A DNA stretch of 64,000 nucleotides from Epiperipatus broadwayi (taxonomy: Eukaryota > Animalia > Onychophora), in contig JAQFVV010000003.1 of assembly GCA_028023455.1 (NCBI GenBank), positions 14,384,001-14,448,000 of the forward strand, given 5' to 3'. The notes beneath the pieces are model-generated. The model made no database searches and was not told where the DNA came from. It saw only the letters and a list, made by a program, of their open reading frames with translations. The position numbers and the translations under genes are program-made. This document shows positions 1 to 12,306 of this stretch, piece after piece. Each line of letters begins with the position of its first letter. The stretch's first letter is position 1.

Positions 1-560
1 TAAAATACTGGAAAGTTTTAGAATTAATGTTCATTAGTTATATATTAGAGTTCTTATGGTTTTAAAAAATTCATCCTTAACAGTTGCTTGCAGTTTGGGA
101 TCCAGTGTTAATTCCCCCGATGTCCTGGGAGACTGGTATGCTGTAGGCCATTTTATTGATTCATCTGGAGGTCCTTTACTTTAGCTGGTATTTTATTTCC
201 GGGCCCTGATGTCCTGTGGTCCACAATATAGGAAAACGATTGGTCATTTCTCTTTCTCCTTTTTTTCTTAGAAAAACTGAAGGGATTGAAGAGTGTGTCT
301 TTTCAATCTCTTCTCCTTCAACTCTCTCCGCACTAACACATATAGCATACCTCTTCTTTCACATCTCTTTCTAATAATTTATTTCCAAACTTTTCCTTTT
401 ATATTAAACTTTCGGATCGAGTGGACATTACGTCATGATGATGATGATCTTTTCATTGAGGTCCATTTCCTGAGGGATTTCTTTTATTGGCTATTCTGTT
501 CCTATTGTTTTTTTCTCTCCTATCTGACCTTTAATTATACATTTTGAGATGCCCAAGGGC
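1..560 (-). mobile_element. Possible degraded non-LTR retrotransposon fragment (window edge)
   Basis: GC-richer than its flanks. The minus strand reads ...NFLNHKNSNI*LMNINSK, loosely like an APE endonuclease N-terminus. Weak. Confidence 0.25.
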
Positions 561-1993
561 TAGTTTACTTTAACTAATTGAAAATAATCATTTCAATTTC
601 ACTCAATAGCATTAATTAAATTATTGTACATTCTTTTTATCTTTAAATCTTTCAAGTTTTTTCTTAAAATTTATTTTTAAAATATGTTTTCTTTTAATAA
701 ATTTTTTTCATCTGTGCGATTTTATATATATATATGAGTTTAGATGATTTTTAATTCTTAAAAAAGTTTTTGTATGCGAACTTTTATTTTTAATTTTATT
801 TATTAGAATGTAACAGCATGTGTACTTGTTATACTTGATAATAACTACCTACAACTGATGTTTACTTGTATTATTTTGGTTAATCAAAATTTCTTATAAA
901 TAGTTTAATTTGTAAATGCCGATTAACAAAAAAATGAATATAGTAATACCTTGCAATATCAACTATTCTCTTAATAGCAATTTATTTTAATAACACAAAT
1001 TAAAAATTATGTACTCTTAGTTATTTTGATGGATTATTTGGGAATATGCATATCAACATTTGAGTCATAATCAAGTAACTTTTTTTTGGTTTTTCAGATA
1101 TCATTTCAATCCTCATATAGCAATAAATTTAATAGCTAATTTTCATCATATTTCAGTTTCTCAGAATTTGCAATGCAAATAATTAAGTTATTTTTAAAAT
1201 ATTGTTTTATCAATTACAACAAATTAGATAGTAAAGGGCTCAAGAGAAAATTACTTACTGCAATCTCAATTAATCTAAAAAAATTAACTTTGACATAAAT
1301 TGTAAATAAAAATATTTTCTTTTAAAAATTATCTGACTTTTGATGTAGTTCATCTCAGGCATTCTCCATATCAAATCATTGGCCTTATACAAACATTCTT
1401 TGATAAATTATATAAGAAATCCATTTCATGACTTTTGTGTTATTAAATTTTACATAAGACATAATTTCTGTTTAGATACATATTTAATATGATTCATGAT
1501 GCAGAATATGAAAATATTAAAAAAAACAACAAAAAAGCACAATAATGTCACAAAAAATGTTCCCACAGTATGATATGCAAGAATGAGCAGCACATTTTGG
1601 ATATTTTATGCTTTACATATGTTAAGAATCAGTAATGTCAAAAACCAATGCCAGGTTCAAGAAAAAGACTTTTGATAGGCCCTCTAAGATCTCATACAGT
1701 AGGGCAAAGTATTTTATTTAGTAACCAGGAGCACACTAAAAACAGGCAATTGAATAAATGTTGTTGGTTATTTAAGATTATATATTTTAAATTCCTTGAT
1801 AAATTGTAAAATGTTTTAAAATAATCAAATGTTTTCTTCAGCATTACTGTACTATGACATTTAGAAATATTAAGTGTCTAGGAATCGAAGGTCAATCTTA
1901 CCAACTTCCCTCTTCTCAGCAGACTGACTGAGAAATATTTAGATAAATTATTTTTAATATTTTAAATACAAGTATAGTACTTAAGCTAAATGT

Positions 1994-2153
1994 AATTAGA
2001 GGGGATTTGAACCCAGACTTTCAAACTCTTTTCAGTCATCCATTCCAGCTTATACAACTGATACACATATATGTGGTCATGGGTATTGGTTATAAAAGAT
2101 GCAATAGATGACTGAAAAGAATTTGAAAGTCTGGGTTCAAATCCCTTCTAATT
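1994..2153. repeat. Foldback (inverted dimer) of the terminal module of repeat family A
   Basis: Arms AATTAGAGGGGATTTGAACCCAGACTTTCAAACTCTTTTCAGTCATCCAT (1994-2043) and its near-perfect reverse complement (2104-2153). Contains the B-box-like GGGTTCAAATCCC. A partial copy recurs at ~2745-2785. Confidence 0.85.
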
Positions 2154-2862
2154 ATAAATTATTTTAATATAATAAGAGGATCGATTCTTCTTTGCAGCAT
2201 GCTATTTACTACAACAAACACACTTTAACTTTCTTGTATATTAAACACAAGCATAAATGATAAATATCATTTAATTTTCATCTAAAAAACAATTAATAAA
2301 TAGGCCATTTTTGATAAATAATTTTAAAATCTGAATGTGATATATATTTTCTTACATATCTATATGTGCATAGACAGACAAAGTCCATATTTCTGAAATG
2401 AAAAGCAAAACAACAGTAAAAAAAAAGTGATTTATTTAAGAGAACTTTCTGTAAAGCAATTGATATCACAAGCAAACTTTTATTTTTTACTTCCCCCCAC
2501 CCTCCGCATGCTCTAAAATATATATTGTCATAACATACTGTATGGCTTAATTTTTTTATTATAAAAAAACCCATTTAATTCAGAGACTAAACAAATAATA
2601 AAAGATAAATCAGTTTTAATTTCCTTTAAAAGGTCAATAATTAGCAGTGTTTACATAGCATTGCTTTTTTCTATTCATTTTATATTTCTAATTTTTCACA
2701 TGTAATGTGGTAATGTGTATTGTTTATAGAAGATGAAATGGATAGATATAAGGAGTTTGAAAGTCCGAGTTCAAATCCCTTCTAATAAAATAAATTTTAT
2801 TAATAACAAATTATATAGAGGTATTAACGTATATATACAGGGGGAAAATTTGCATAACATAT

Positions 2863-4723
2863 TGTGATGACCACGTAAAGTCGTCATCACACGTATATAT
2901 TTATTAATAAAGTTAGATAAATCAGCTACTAGAAAGTAATAAAGGTAAATGGGTTAGCTACTAGAAATTAAAAAGGAAAAGAAAAAAGTTGAGATTCAGA
3001 AATGTCGAAATTACTTTTGATTTTTATTAATAGTAAGAAAAGGGGAGGGGGGTGCATAAAGAAATGCGTCTCTTTTTCTCTCTTTTAAAAAAAAACAAGA
3101 GTTAGTCAAATGCTTGAAAGTTATTTCTGTTATTGTGGGAGAGGGGAAGGGGATGCATAAAGAAATGCATCTTTTTCTCTTGCATAAAAACTATTGTGAT
3201 AAATTAAAATAAAGTGTAAAACATAAACTTGAAAAATGAATGATAAACTTTTAAGTAAAAATTAAAATGAAATATGTAATATAAAAACAATATGGCCGTA
3301 TAAATTAGAGGTGTGAAAGTCTGTTGGACTAATTGAATAACTCGGACAAAGAAGAATGTATATGAAGGAAAAGCTTATAATTATAGCTCAATTAATTACA
3401 ATAATACATTCCAGCCACTAATTAAACAAATATGGTGATAAGAATTCGTTGGAAATCTAAGCATTAATTAAAAATTTACAAAAAAAATTAATGAACAAAA
3501 GAAAGGACAATAAGACCAGAATTATTATTATTATCTGATTATTACGAGTAGAGATTTTGAAGAAGCAGCAGCTAAAAAAAAAATAGAAGAAATAAAAAAA
3601 GTGTGTGGCTAGTGGCATAAGGGAACGTGGGTTCGTACTCGACCCATCTGACCACTGACTCACGATGTGTAAGAACTAAGCCTGACCTGCTAGAGAGAGA
3701 CCGCCACTTCTGTAACTGAACAACTTAAAAAATCTACTCAAAGAATCAAAAAGAAAAAGAACGGGAACGAGAAATAACCAAATCAAATTGAGAGAGAAAA
3801 TCAATCCAGCCGACAGTGAAGGACATACCATCTCTACAAAAAAAGGGATGATCTCCCACTGGACGGTAACGAGCGCTTGAAAGAAATGTCCATGGAAACA
3901 ACTACAATAAAAACGTAGGTAATTAAAGCATGCATGCATTTTATTTTAATATCCGTAAATAAATAAAGAAGGAACAATCTTGATAGATCTAGAACTCTGC
4001 ACAATAGGACTTCAAGATAACTTTAGTACTCGATGTGTTTCATCCTATTTTATTATAGCTACGTATTTATATAAGTGTGTAATTTTGTTGTGTAATTTTT
4101 ATATATATGGGTGTGTTTATTATTCTTATATATTTATATCAGTGTGATTGCCATTAAACATTATTCATTATATTTAAAGTGTTTGTACTTGCTTTATTCT
4201 CCTATCACCAAGCTACAACAGGGGGGAAATTGTAATTTTTGATTGAAGAGTAAGGCTAATTTTCAAATCATTCGTGTGCTGCTTGTTTGTGAGAATCTCC
4301 GAATTATAAAAAATAAATAGCAAGCGCGGAACATTAGTTAAATTTCTTAAAATAGTTTGCTTTGTTCAGCAGCTGAGAGTGCTTGACTGGGAAAAATAAC
4401 GCCAAGATATGTACGTATTGCCTCGGGGTTCGGTCAAGGGTATAGATATGAAGTTAAATTTGTATCTGTATTAGCTCTCTGCTTGCATTGTAACGGCATT
4501 GGTTAACTAATTAATTAATGATTGAAAAATCCATAGTAAACTAAACTAAATAAACAATATCCATTACAGTTGGAGGCTAAGCCGGGATATTTCGGTTAGT
4601 TAACTAAATTGTTAACTAATAAATGACAGGAAGAATAAAAGTTGAAAAAATAAAGTATAATAAATAAGTATAATAGAAATAAAATTAATAAAATCAATCC
4701 ACCAAATAACCATTTCCGTTACA
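2863..4723 (+). repeat. 5' LTR (1861 bp)
   Basis: Starts TGTGATGACCACG, ends CCATTTCCGTTACA, and aligns end to end with 10438-12306 (roughly 95% by eye). Internal duplicated motifs: GCATAAAGAAATGC..TCTTTTTCTCT x2 and AGCTACTAGAAA x2. Confidence 0.95.
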
Positions 4724-4725
4724 AT

Positions 4726-4743
4726 TGGGGGCCAGTCCGGGAT
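4726..4743 (+). promoter_or_regulatory. Primer-binding site, tRNA-Pro type
   Basis: TGGGGGCCAGTCCGGGAT, 2 nt after the LTR end. 16/18 match to the canonical tRNA-Pro PBS TGGGGGCTCGTCCGGGAT. Confidence 0.85.
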
Positions 4744-5116
4744 CTGATTATCACGTTAACAAGTTCAGACCACTTGAATTTGAATTAAAAAAAATAATAA
4801 TTTTTTTTTTGTTAAATAGATTACACAGTAGATAAAGTTAAACGAAAAAAAAAAAGGAAGAAATCTTGGTGGTAGACAAAAGCAAGAAATAAAATAAAAC
4901 AATAAAGGGTTAAAGGAGAGAAAGAAAATGTGATATAATTTGGGAAGTTAGGTTGTAAATTGGAGATAGTTGCGGAGGGGTCTTGAAGGCAGGCATGGGT
5001 GAGTGAGGATTAGTGAGTGGGACGGGGAGAGTCGAACAAACGTACCTAGTGTCAGTAAGATAATCCTCTAAGAATAGGGTTAGAATAGTAAAGCCGTAGA
5101 ATAAAATATGTGATTA

Positions 5117-6230
5117 GTGTGTGTGTTAGTCAGATTTGATGCACACGAGTCAAAAACAAAAATGGACACTCTAGTGGGCAAAATAGAAAAAACCTCCGAA
5201 GAACAAATGGAATCGTCTGGAGAGATAGCTAATGAAGGCGCTATAAAAATTAGCAAGGGAATGGAGATGATGGTTAATAGTAAAAATAAAATAGAAAGCT
5301 ACAGTATAATGGATATGCTCATGAAAGTAATAGAAAGCCAGCAACAGTTGGTTATGGAAATAAGGGAAAGAGATGAAAGAAATAGTAGGAGGATAAAAGA
5401 GTTGGACGAATGACTAAGTAAGAATTTTAGCCAAAAGGTTGAACAAGTAAATAAAAAATGTGAACAAACCTCATATCAAGTGAAGGTCGCGAATGAAAGG
5501 TTGGATCACCAGGAGTAATTAATGGGGAAAATAGAGCAGTGCCTTCTGGGAGAGTGGGATAAAGTCAAACATGGGTTGAAAATAAGTGATGAGATGGAGT
5601 ATGTGAAGGATAGGCTAGAAACATTGTGTCAAGAGGTAGACAAGCTTAGAGATGAACGAGGGAAGGAAATAAAGAAAGACAGAAAGGAGGAACAGGAAAA
5701 CATACAAACATGGGCAGATATACGTAAAATAGAGGCAGCAAGTCAGTTGTTAAGAGTAAAAACATTCTCAGGAAAGGAGGGAGAGACGCCAAATGAGCAT
5801 TTGGAGAGCGTGGAGCGGTATTGCAACTTGAATGGATTGAGTGAGGAAGCAAGGGTTGTTATAGCATGCAATCACATACAGGATGAAGCCCGGTTTTGGT
5901 GGGACTCACTATTAGTAAAACCGGCAACATTCGAGGAATATAAGCACTCAATGTTAGCAAGCTACTGGGGGAGAGGAGCTTCAGGAAAATTTGAAGTTTC
6001 AAATAGCACAAATTAAATGGCAGATGGGGGAACACTCCACATGGTTTTTCGCAGACAGGTAGTGAAATCGACAGCGCTCACTACACACCCATTGACAGAG
6101 CAGCAAATCATGTAGCTAGTTAGACGAGGCTTGCCCACAGAGATAGAACAAATGATGATTGACAGCAAATGGTAGAACAGATGGCTGAAGTTTTTAATAA
6201 CTTTAGATAATAGTACAGGAGACAAAGATG
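5117..6230 (+). pseudogene. gag: Gypsy gag relic (coiled-coil N-terminus + capsid)
   Basis: ORF pieces 5117-5413 and 5522-6016 are E/K-rich and heptad-like, followed by FSGKEGETPNEHLESVERYC...DEARFWWDSL...TFEEYKHSMLASYW, typical of Ty3/Gypsy capsid. Interrupted by stops and frameshifts. Confidence 0.85.
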
Positions 6231-6289
6231 TGGAAGCTGGTCATATACAGTTAGCAAATTTGGTACATAATAGGGAAGAGAATATGCCT

Positions 6290-9200
6290 ATGATGGCACC
6301 GCAGATCTGTCCAAAGATAAAAATAAAAGTAGGAAAAATTGGGACTACTGCACTATTAGACTCGGGGAGCAGATATCTGTTATGTCACAGGAGATGTTTG
6401 ATAAAGTAAGTTGTGCCAACCCAGGAATTAAAACCCTACCTTTGAAAACGACACGTAATGGCTAATGGGAAGGGAGTCAAACTGGCATCAAAACAGGTAT
6501 GGGTGACATTACGCATAGCTAATAGAGAATATGAGCATGTATTTTTGATTTTAGAAGGATTAATTCATGAAGTTATACTAGGATCGAACTTTATGCATAT
6601 AAATGAGTGTGTGTTGGATTTTAAACATAGTTGGGCAGAGATGGGTAATGTAACAACTCCATTTATAATGGATTTAAGGGAACAAACTGATAAAATTGAT
6701 TATATACAAAACACCTCGATGGAGATAAAAATGCTGAAAGTGATAGATGAATCGAAAGTCATAAGTGATAGACAAAGAGATAGGCTGAAGAAATTATTAC
6801 ACTCCCACAAGGTGGTGTTCTCGGAGATTCCTGGAGAGATCCGAGGGTATGAACACAGGATAAGGCTCATGGAAGATCGGCCTTATCGAGCTCACACATA
6901 TCCCATACCCTATCAATATAGACGTGAGATAGAAGAGCAAATAGACAATATGCTGACATGGGGAATCATACCTAAATGCTCATCCCCACATAATAACCCC
7001 ATCGTAACAGTAAAAAAAAAGGACAGATCAATTCGGTTGTGTTTGGATGCTAGACAGTTGAACAGAATAACCATTCCTGATATGACTGCTCTGCCACCTA
7101 TGAATGAATTGTTAACAAGATTTAAAAATAAAAAATATTTTCGACTTTCGACTTGATGTCCAGTTATTGGCAAATTAAGTTGCATCCAAGGGACCGGAAA
7201 TATACGGCTTTTAGGTATAATGAACAAGCGTATAACTTTAATAGAATTCTATTTGGGTTAAAAATAGTGGGGCGGGGCTAGTGCAGTGTCTAGATCAAGT
7301 GTTGTTGGAAAAGGTTAAAAATTTTGTTGTGATATATGTGGACGATATTGTTGCATCAGAAAGTATAGAGGAACATTTTGAGCATTTAGAACAGTTATTA
7401 GATGAGTGCAAAAGAAAAGGTATCAGAATCAATTTGAATAAAAGCCATGTGATGGCTACAGAGGTCAAATTTCTAGGCCATATCATCAGTGAGAGGGGAA
7501 TACTACCTAACCCTGAAAAAATTCAAGCAATTCAGGAGTTTCTTACACCTCAAAATAAAAAAACATGGTAAATCATTCCTGGGGCTGTGTACATTTTACA
7601 ATCGGTTCTATAGGGGGTTTTCACTAGACATGGAGCCATTACTACAATTATTAAGAAAGAAGATAGCATGGACCTGGGGTAAACAGCATGAGCGTAGTTT
7701 CCAAAGAGTGAAGGAGGGATTCTATGGGGAAGTTATGCTGTCATATCCTGATTTCAATAAACCGTTCTTCATACAGATGGATAGTAGTGGGTTCAGACTT
7801 GGAGCCACGTTTCAAATACTAGAAAAAGGGCAACATGGGATCCTTTGCTTCATTAGTCGCTTACTGAAAGGACTGGAAGTGAATTATATCATGACTGAGA
7901 AGGAAGCGCTGGCAGTTGTGTGGGCATTTAAGAAATTTTGGCAATATTTGATAGGTTCCGAAGTAGTGGTGATGACCGACCATAAGAGCCTCGAGTTTCT
8001 TAACCACAGCTTTTTGACAAATAGCAGGCTAATAAGGTGGAGTTTGTTCCTGCAAAAGTTTAACTATAAAGTAATGTACTGCTGCGGGAAAGAAAACATT
8101 GTAGCAGATACTCTAAGCTGATATCCGGTGGCAGAAGGGCAACACTTAAACTGTGATGGAATATATATAGCAACAGCAGAAATGGGCAGAGAAGAAAGAG
8201 CATCAAGGAAGGGACGAGTGCAAGCAGATAATAAACTATTTACAACATCAGCCTATGACTGACATGAAGAAGAATCCATTGTGGAAGGACAGGAAGCACT
8301 TCTGCTTAAAAGGAGGAGTCCTTCAATGTGTGTTTAAGAAAAAGAAACAAACGTGTATTGTCCTACTGGTCACCATGAAGAAACGAGTGATTGAACACAT
8401 ATGTAATGCGTATAACCATTATGGGGCGAAGAAAGTGGAAGGATGGCTCAGCCATTGGTTCTACTGGCCGCAAAAGTATGCTAACATTACAAATGTCATT
8501 GGCACGTGTGCTGTGTGTGGAAAAATGAAGCCGCCTAACACATCGGGGATAGGGCCATTAAAACCAATCTATGCCCAGAAACCCAATAGTTTAATAGCAA
8601 TTGACTTTTATGGGCCATTACCCCATTTTAATAAAATGAAATATCTGCTTGTTACATACGACATTCTCGAAGCTAGTGGTGGCGTATCCAGTAACTCAGG
8701 CTAATGCAAAACAAACCATTAAGGCTTTAGAGCAACAGCACTTCAGAGCTGTGGGAATTTCTGAGAAAATTCTATCGGATCATGGAACACAGTTCATATC
8801 AAACGAATGGAAGAATTAGATGCACAGACATGGGATAAAACACATACTGATGTCAATCCGTAACCCTCAATCTAATCCGTGTGAATGAATTATGAGGCAA
8901 TTGGGGTGATTATTTCACGTCTATATCCATGATGACCATCGAAGATGGGTAAAGTAAATCCCACGAATAGTAAATATGATAAACTGGTCAAAAAATGAAT
9001 CCACAGGGTTCGAACCTGTTCATTTGCATTATGGGAGAAACATCCCATGCCCTTTTAAGACCAGACTACCAGTGGGAACAAGATTGATAAATAGAAGGAC
9101 ACAGAGCAAGCACTCAGCTGGTTAAAAAAGATAGGAAATTTAAGACGTCAGAGACAGGGAGCAGCAAAAATCATATTTAAGATAGGAGATGAGGTCATGG

Positions 9201-9300
9201 GAAGGGTGAAGCCTATGAGCCATCCCGAGAAACATATGTATAAAAATTTTACCTTACATAATCAGACAAAGGTATGGGAATAATGCTTTCTAGTAGCACA
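6290..9300 (+). pseudogene. pol: Gypsy pol relic: aspartic protease, RT, RNase H, integrase
   Basis: PR: ALLDSGS (DSG at 6359-6367). RT: KKKDRSIRLCLDARQLN, YWQI, VIYVDD. RH: DSSGFRLGA, EKEALAVVWA, TDHKSL, NIVADTLS. IN: HYGAKK...CAVC, IDFYGPLP, SDHGTQF. Multiple frameshifts. Confidence 0.95.
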
Positions 9301-10418
9301 AGGAATGGAGGAAAAGGGGACATATAATGCCCGATCGCTGAGGCTGATAAGGAGGAATAAGAAGCTTCCAGACAAAAACTAAGCCTAAAGAAAATAAACG
9401 GATGGATATGTCGATTCGATCAAACAGTAACATCATAGAATCATGAGAAATAAAGTTGATTTTTTTTAAAAACATGACTGATGGGGCAAATCATCTCATG
9501 ACAAATAATTAAAGTTACAATAATAAGTAAATAAGAAAAAAAAAGTAGTAGTGTTCATGGAGTGAAATCAATGATAAGCTTAATGGACGATTTTTTGTGC
9601 AGTCAAGCACAGCGAAACAAAGGTCGTAAATAAAAGTAATAACAAAAAAAAGGGAAAGAAATATGGAAGTAATTTATTTGTGCAACAATCTGTCAATTGT
9701 AAACGCAGATATAATTAGCAAATAAATAAATGTAAAGGTAGAAATAATAATTGTTTAGGTTCATTAAAGAGCCAGTTAATAATTAATAAAATAAAATAAA
9801 CGAATAACAGTTATAATACTTAAATAATTAATAAAATAAAATAAATGAATAATTGATAATACTTAAATGATAGATATCACTAATAGGTGTATGAGGTTGC
9901 AGATTGAGGCATATATGTGTGTGCGGATACATTATGTTTGGGTCGTATTTTGAGCTTGATTTAGCTGTCTCTTCGCTAACTGTAGATTCACATGGCTTTT
10001 GGTGGTAAAACTTGTTAAATGAAATGCCAGTAAAAATCCTGGACTCATTATATAATAAGAATTAGTGTCTCGAAATAAATAAAATAAATAAATAAAGAAA
10101 TAAGAATTTGTTGTTTGCGCAAGATGAATAGGCAGTAGAAATATCCTGCTGTTCACACGCTTTAAACCTTTTATGTTTTTGGAATCGAGTTAAGTTATGC
10201 CATGGTCTCATATGCGCAGAGATTAAATTGGTTGATCAGCCAAAATCGATCAGAATGAATTGGGTAGTTTTACCTAGCTGTCTCTCTGTAGTCATCCTCA
10301 TCATCACTCATCATGATAGAGTGGAAAGTTATGTAATAGAAGCAGAACTAAGGGTTGAAAGCAAAGAATTAAAATAAGCTCTCATCTCAGACTAAGATTC
10401 GACCCGATTTTAATTCTC

Positions 10419-10432
10419 AAAAATGGGCGGAG
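10419..10432 (+). promoter_or_regulatory. Polypurine tract
   Basis: AAAAATGGGCGGAG, separated from the 3' LTR start by TGTAA. Confidence 0.7.
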
Positions 10433-10437
10433 TGTAA

Positions 10438-12306
10438 TGTGATGACCACGTAAAGTCATCATCACACGTATATATTTATTAATAAAGTTAGATAAATCAG
10501 CTACTAGAAAGTAATAAAGGTAAATGGGTTAGCTACTAGAAATTAAAAAAAGAAGAAAAAAGTTGAGATTCAGAAATGTCAAAATTACTTTTGATTTTTA
10601 TTAATAGTAAGAGAAGGGAAGAGGGGTGCATAAAGAAATGCGTCTCTTTTTCTCTCTTTTGAAAAAAAAATGAGTTAGTCAAATGCTTGAAAGTTATTTC
10701 TGTTATTGTGGGAGAGGGGAAGGGATGCATAAAGAAATGTGTCTTTTTCTCTCGCATAAAAACTATTGTGATAAAAATAAAGTGTAAAACATAAACTTGA
10801 AAAATGAATTATAAACTTTTAATTTAAAATGAAATATGTAATATAAAAACAATATGGCCATATAAATTAGAGGTGTGAAAGTCTGTTGGACTAATTAAAT
10901 TCCTCGGACAAAGAAGAATGTATAATAAGGAAAAGCTTATAATTATAGCTCGATTAATTAAAATAATATATTCCAGCCACTAATTAAACAAATATGGTGA
11001 TAAGAATTCATTGGAAATCTAAGCATTAATTAAAAATTTACAAAAAAAAAAACAATGAACAAAAGAAAGGACAGTAAGACCAGAATTATTATTATTATCT
11101 GATTATTACGAGTAGAGATTTTGAAGAAGCAGCAGCTAAAAAAAAATAGAATAAATGAAAGAAGTGCACAGCTAGTGGCGTAAGGGAACGTGGGTTCGTA
11201 CTCGACCCGTCTGACTACTGACTCACGATGTATAAGAGCTAAGCCTGACCTGCTAGAGAGAGACTGCCGCTTCTGTAACTGAACAACTTAAAAATCTACT
11301 CAAAGAATCAAGAAGAAAAAGAACTGGAACTAGAAATAACCAAATCAAATTGAGAGAGAAAATCAATCCAGCCGACAGTGAAGGATATACCGTCTCGACA
11401 AAAAAAGGGATGATCTCCCACTGGACAGTAACGAGTGCTCGAAAAGAATGTCCATGGAAACAACTACAATGAAAACCTAGGTAATTAAAGCATGCATGCA
11501 TTTTATTTTAATATCCATAAATAAATAAAGAAGGAACAATCTTGATAGATCTAGAACTCTGCACAATAGGACTTCAAGATAACTTTAGTACTCGATGTGT
11601 TTCATCCTATTTTATTATAGCTACGTATTTATATAAGTGTGTAATTTTGTTAAATAATTTTTTTTATATATGTGTGTGTTTATTATTCTTATGTATTTAT
11701 ATCAGTGTGATTGCCATTAAACATTATTCATTATATTTAAAGTGTTTGTACTTGCATTATTCTCCTATCACCAAGCTACGACAGGGGGGAAATTGTAATT
11801 TTTGATTGAAGAGTAAGGCTAATTTTCAAATCATTCATGTGCTGCTTGTTTGTGAGAATCTCCGAATTATAAAAAATAAATAGCAAGCACTGGACATTCG
11901 TTAAATTTCTTGAAATAGTTTGCTTTGTTCAGCAGCTTAGAGTGCTTGACCGGGAAAAATAACGCCAAGATAATATGTACGTATTGCCTCGGGGTTCGGT
12001 CAAGGGTACAGATATGAAGTTAAATTTGTATCTGTATTAGCTCTCTGCTTGCATTGTAATGGCGTTGGTTAACTAATTAATTAATGATTGAAAAATCCGT
12101 AGTAAACTAAACTAAATAAACAATATCCATTACAGTTGGAGGCTAAGCCAGGATATTTCGGTTAGCTAACTAAATTGTTAAATAATAAATGAAAGGAAGA
12201 ATAAAAGTTGAAAAAATAAAGTTATAGTAAAAATAAAGTATAATAAATAAGTATAATAGAAATAAAATTAATAAAATCAATCCACCAAATAACCATTTCT
12301 GTTACA
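10438..12306 (+). repeat. 3' LTR (1869 bp)
   Basis: TGTGATGACCACG...CCATTTCTGTTACA, followed by TSD ATAT. Confidence 0.95.

Larger units (their letters stand above)
2863..12306 (+). mobile_element. Full-length, inactivated Ty3/Gypsy LTR retrotransposon
   Basis: Two ~1.86 kb direct repeats (TGTGA...TTACA) and a 4-bp TSD ATAT (2859-2862, 12307-12310). PBS follows the 5' LTR and PPT precedes the 3' LTR. Domain order gag-PR-RT-RH-IN is typical of Ty3/Gypsy. Many stops and frameshifts. Confidence 0.96.

Noticed and set aside
293-547. This and the many other short F/L/I/Y-rich ORFs in the track
   Set aside because: Low-complexity products of AT-rich or antisense TE sequence with no motifs or splice support.
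2133-2145. tRNA gene
   Set aside because: Only a B-box-like motif is present and I could not build a cloverleaf. It is part of repeat family A.
3676-3939. Hydrophobic antisense ORF also present at 11253-11501
   Set aside because: The two copies exist only because they lie in the two LTRs. They differ by a frameshift near the C-terminus and show no known motif.
9300-10418. Possible env or extra ORF between integrase and the 3' LTR
   Set aside because: No long ORF, signal peptide or furin/TM pattern is visible. The region is A-rich and non-coding.
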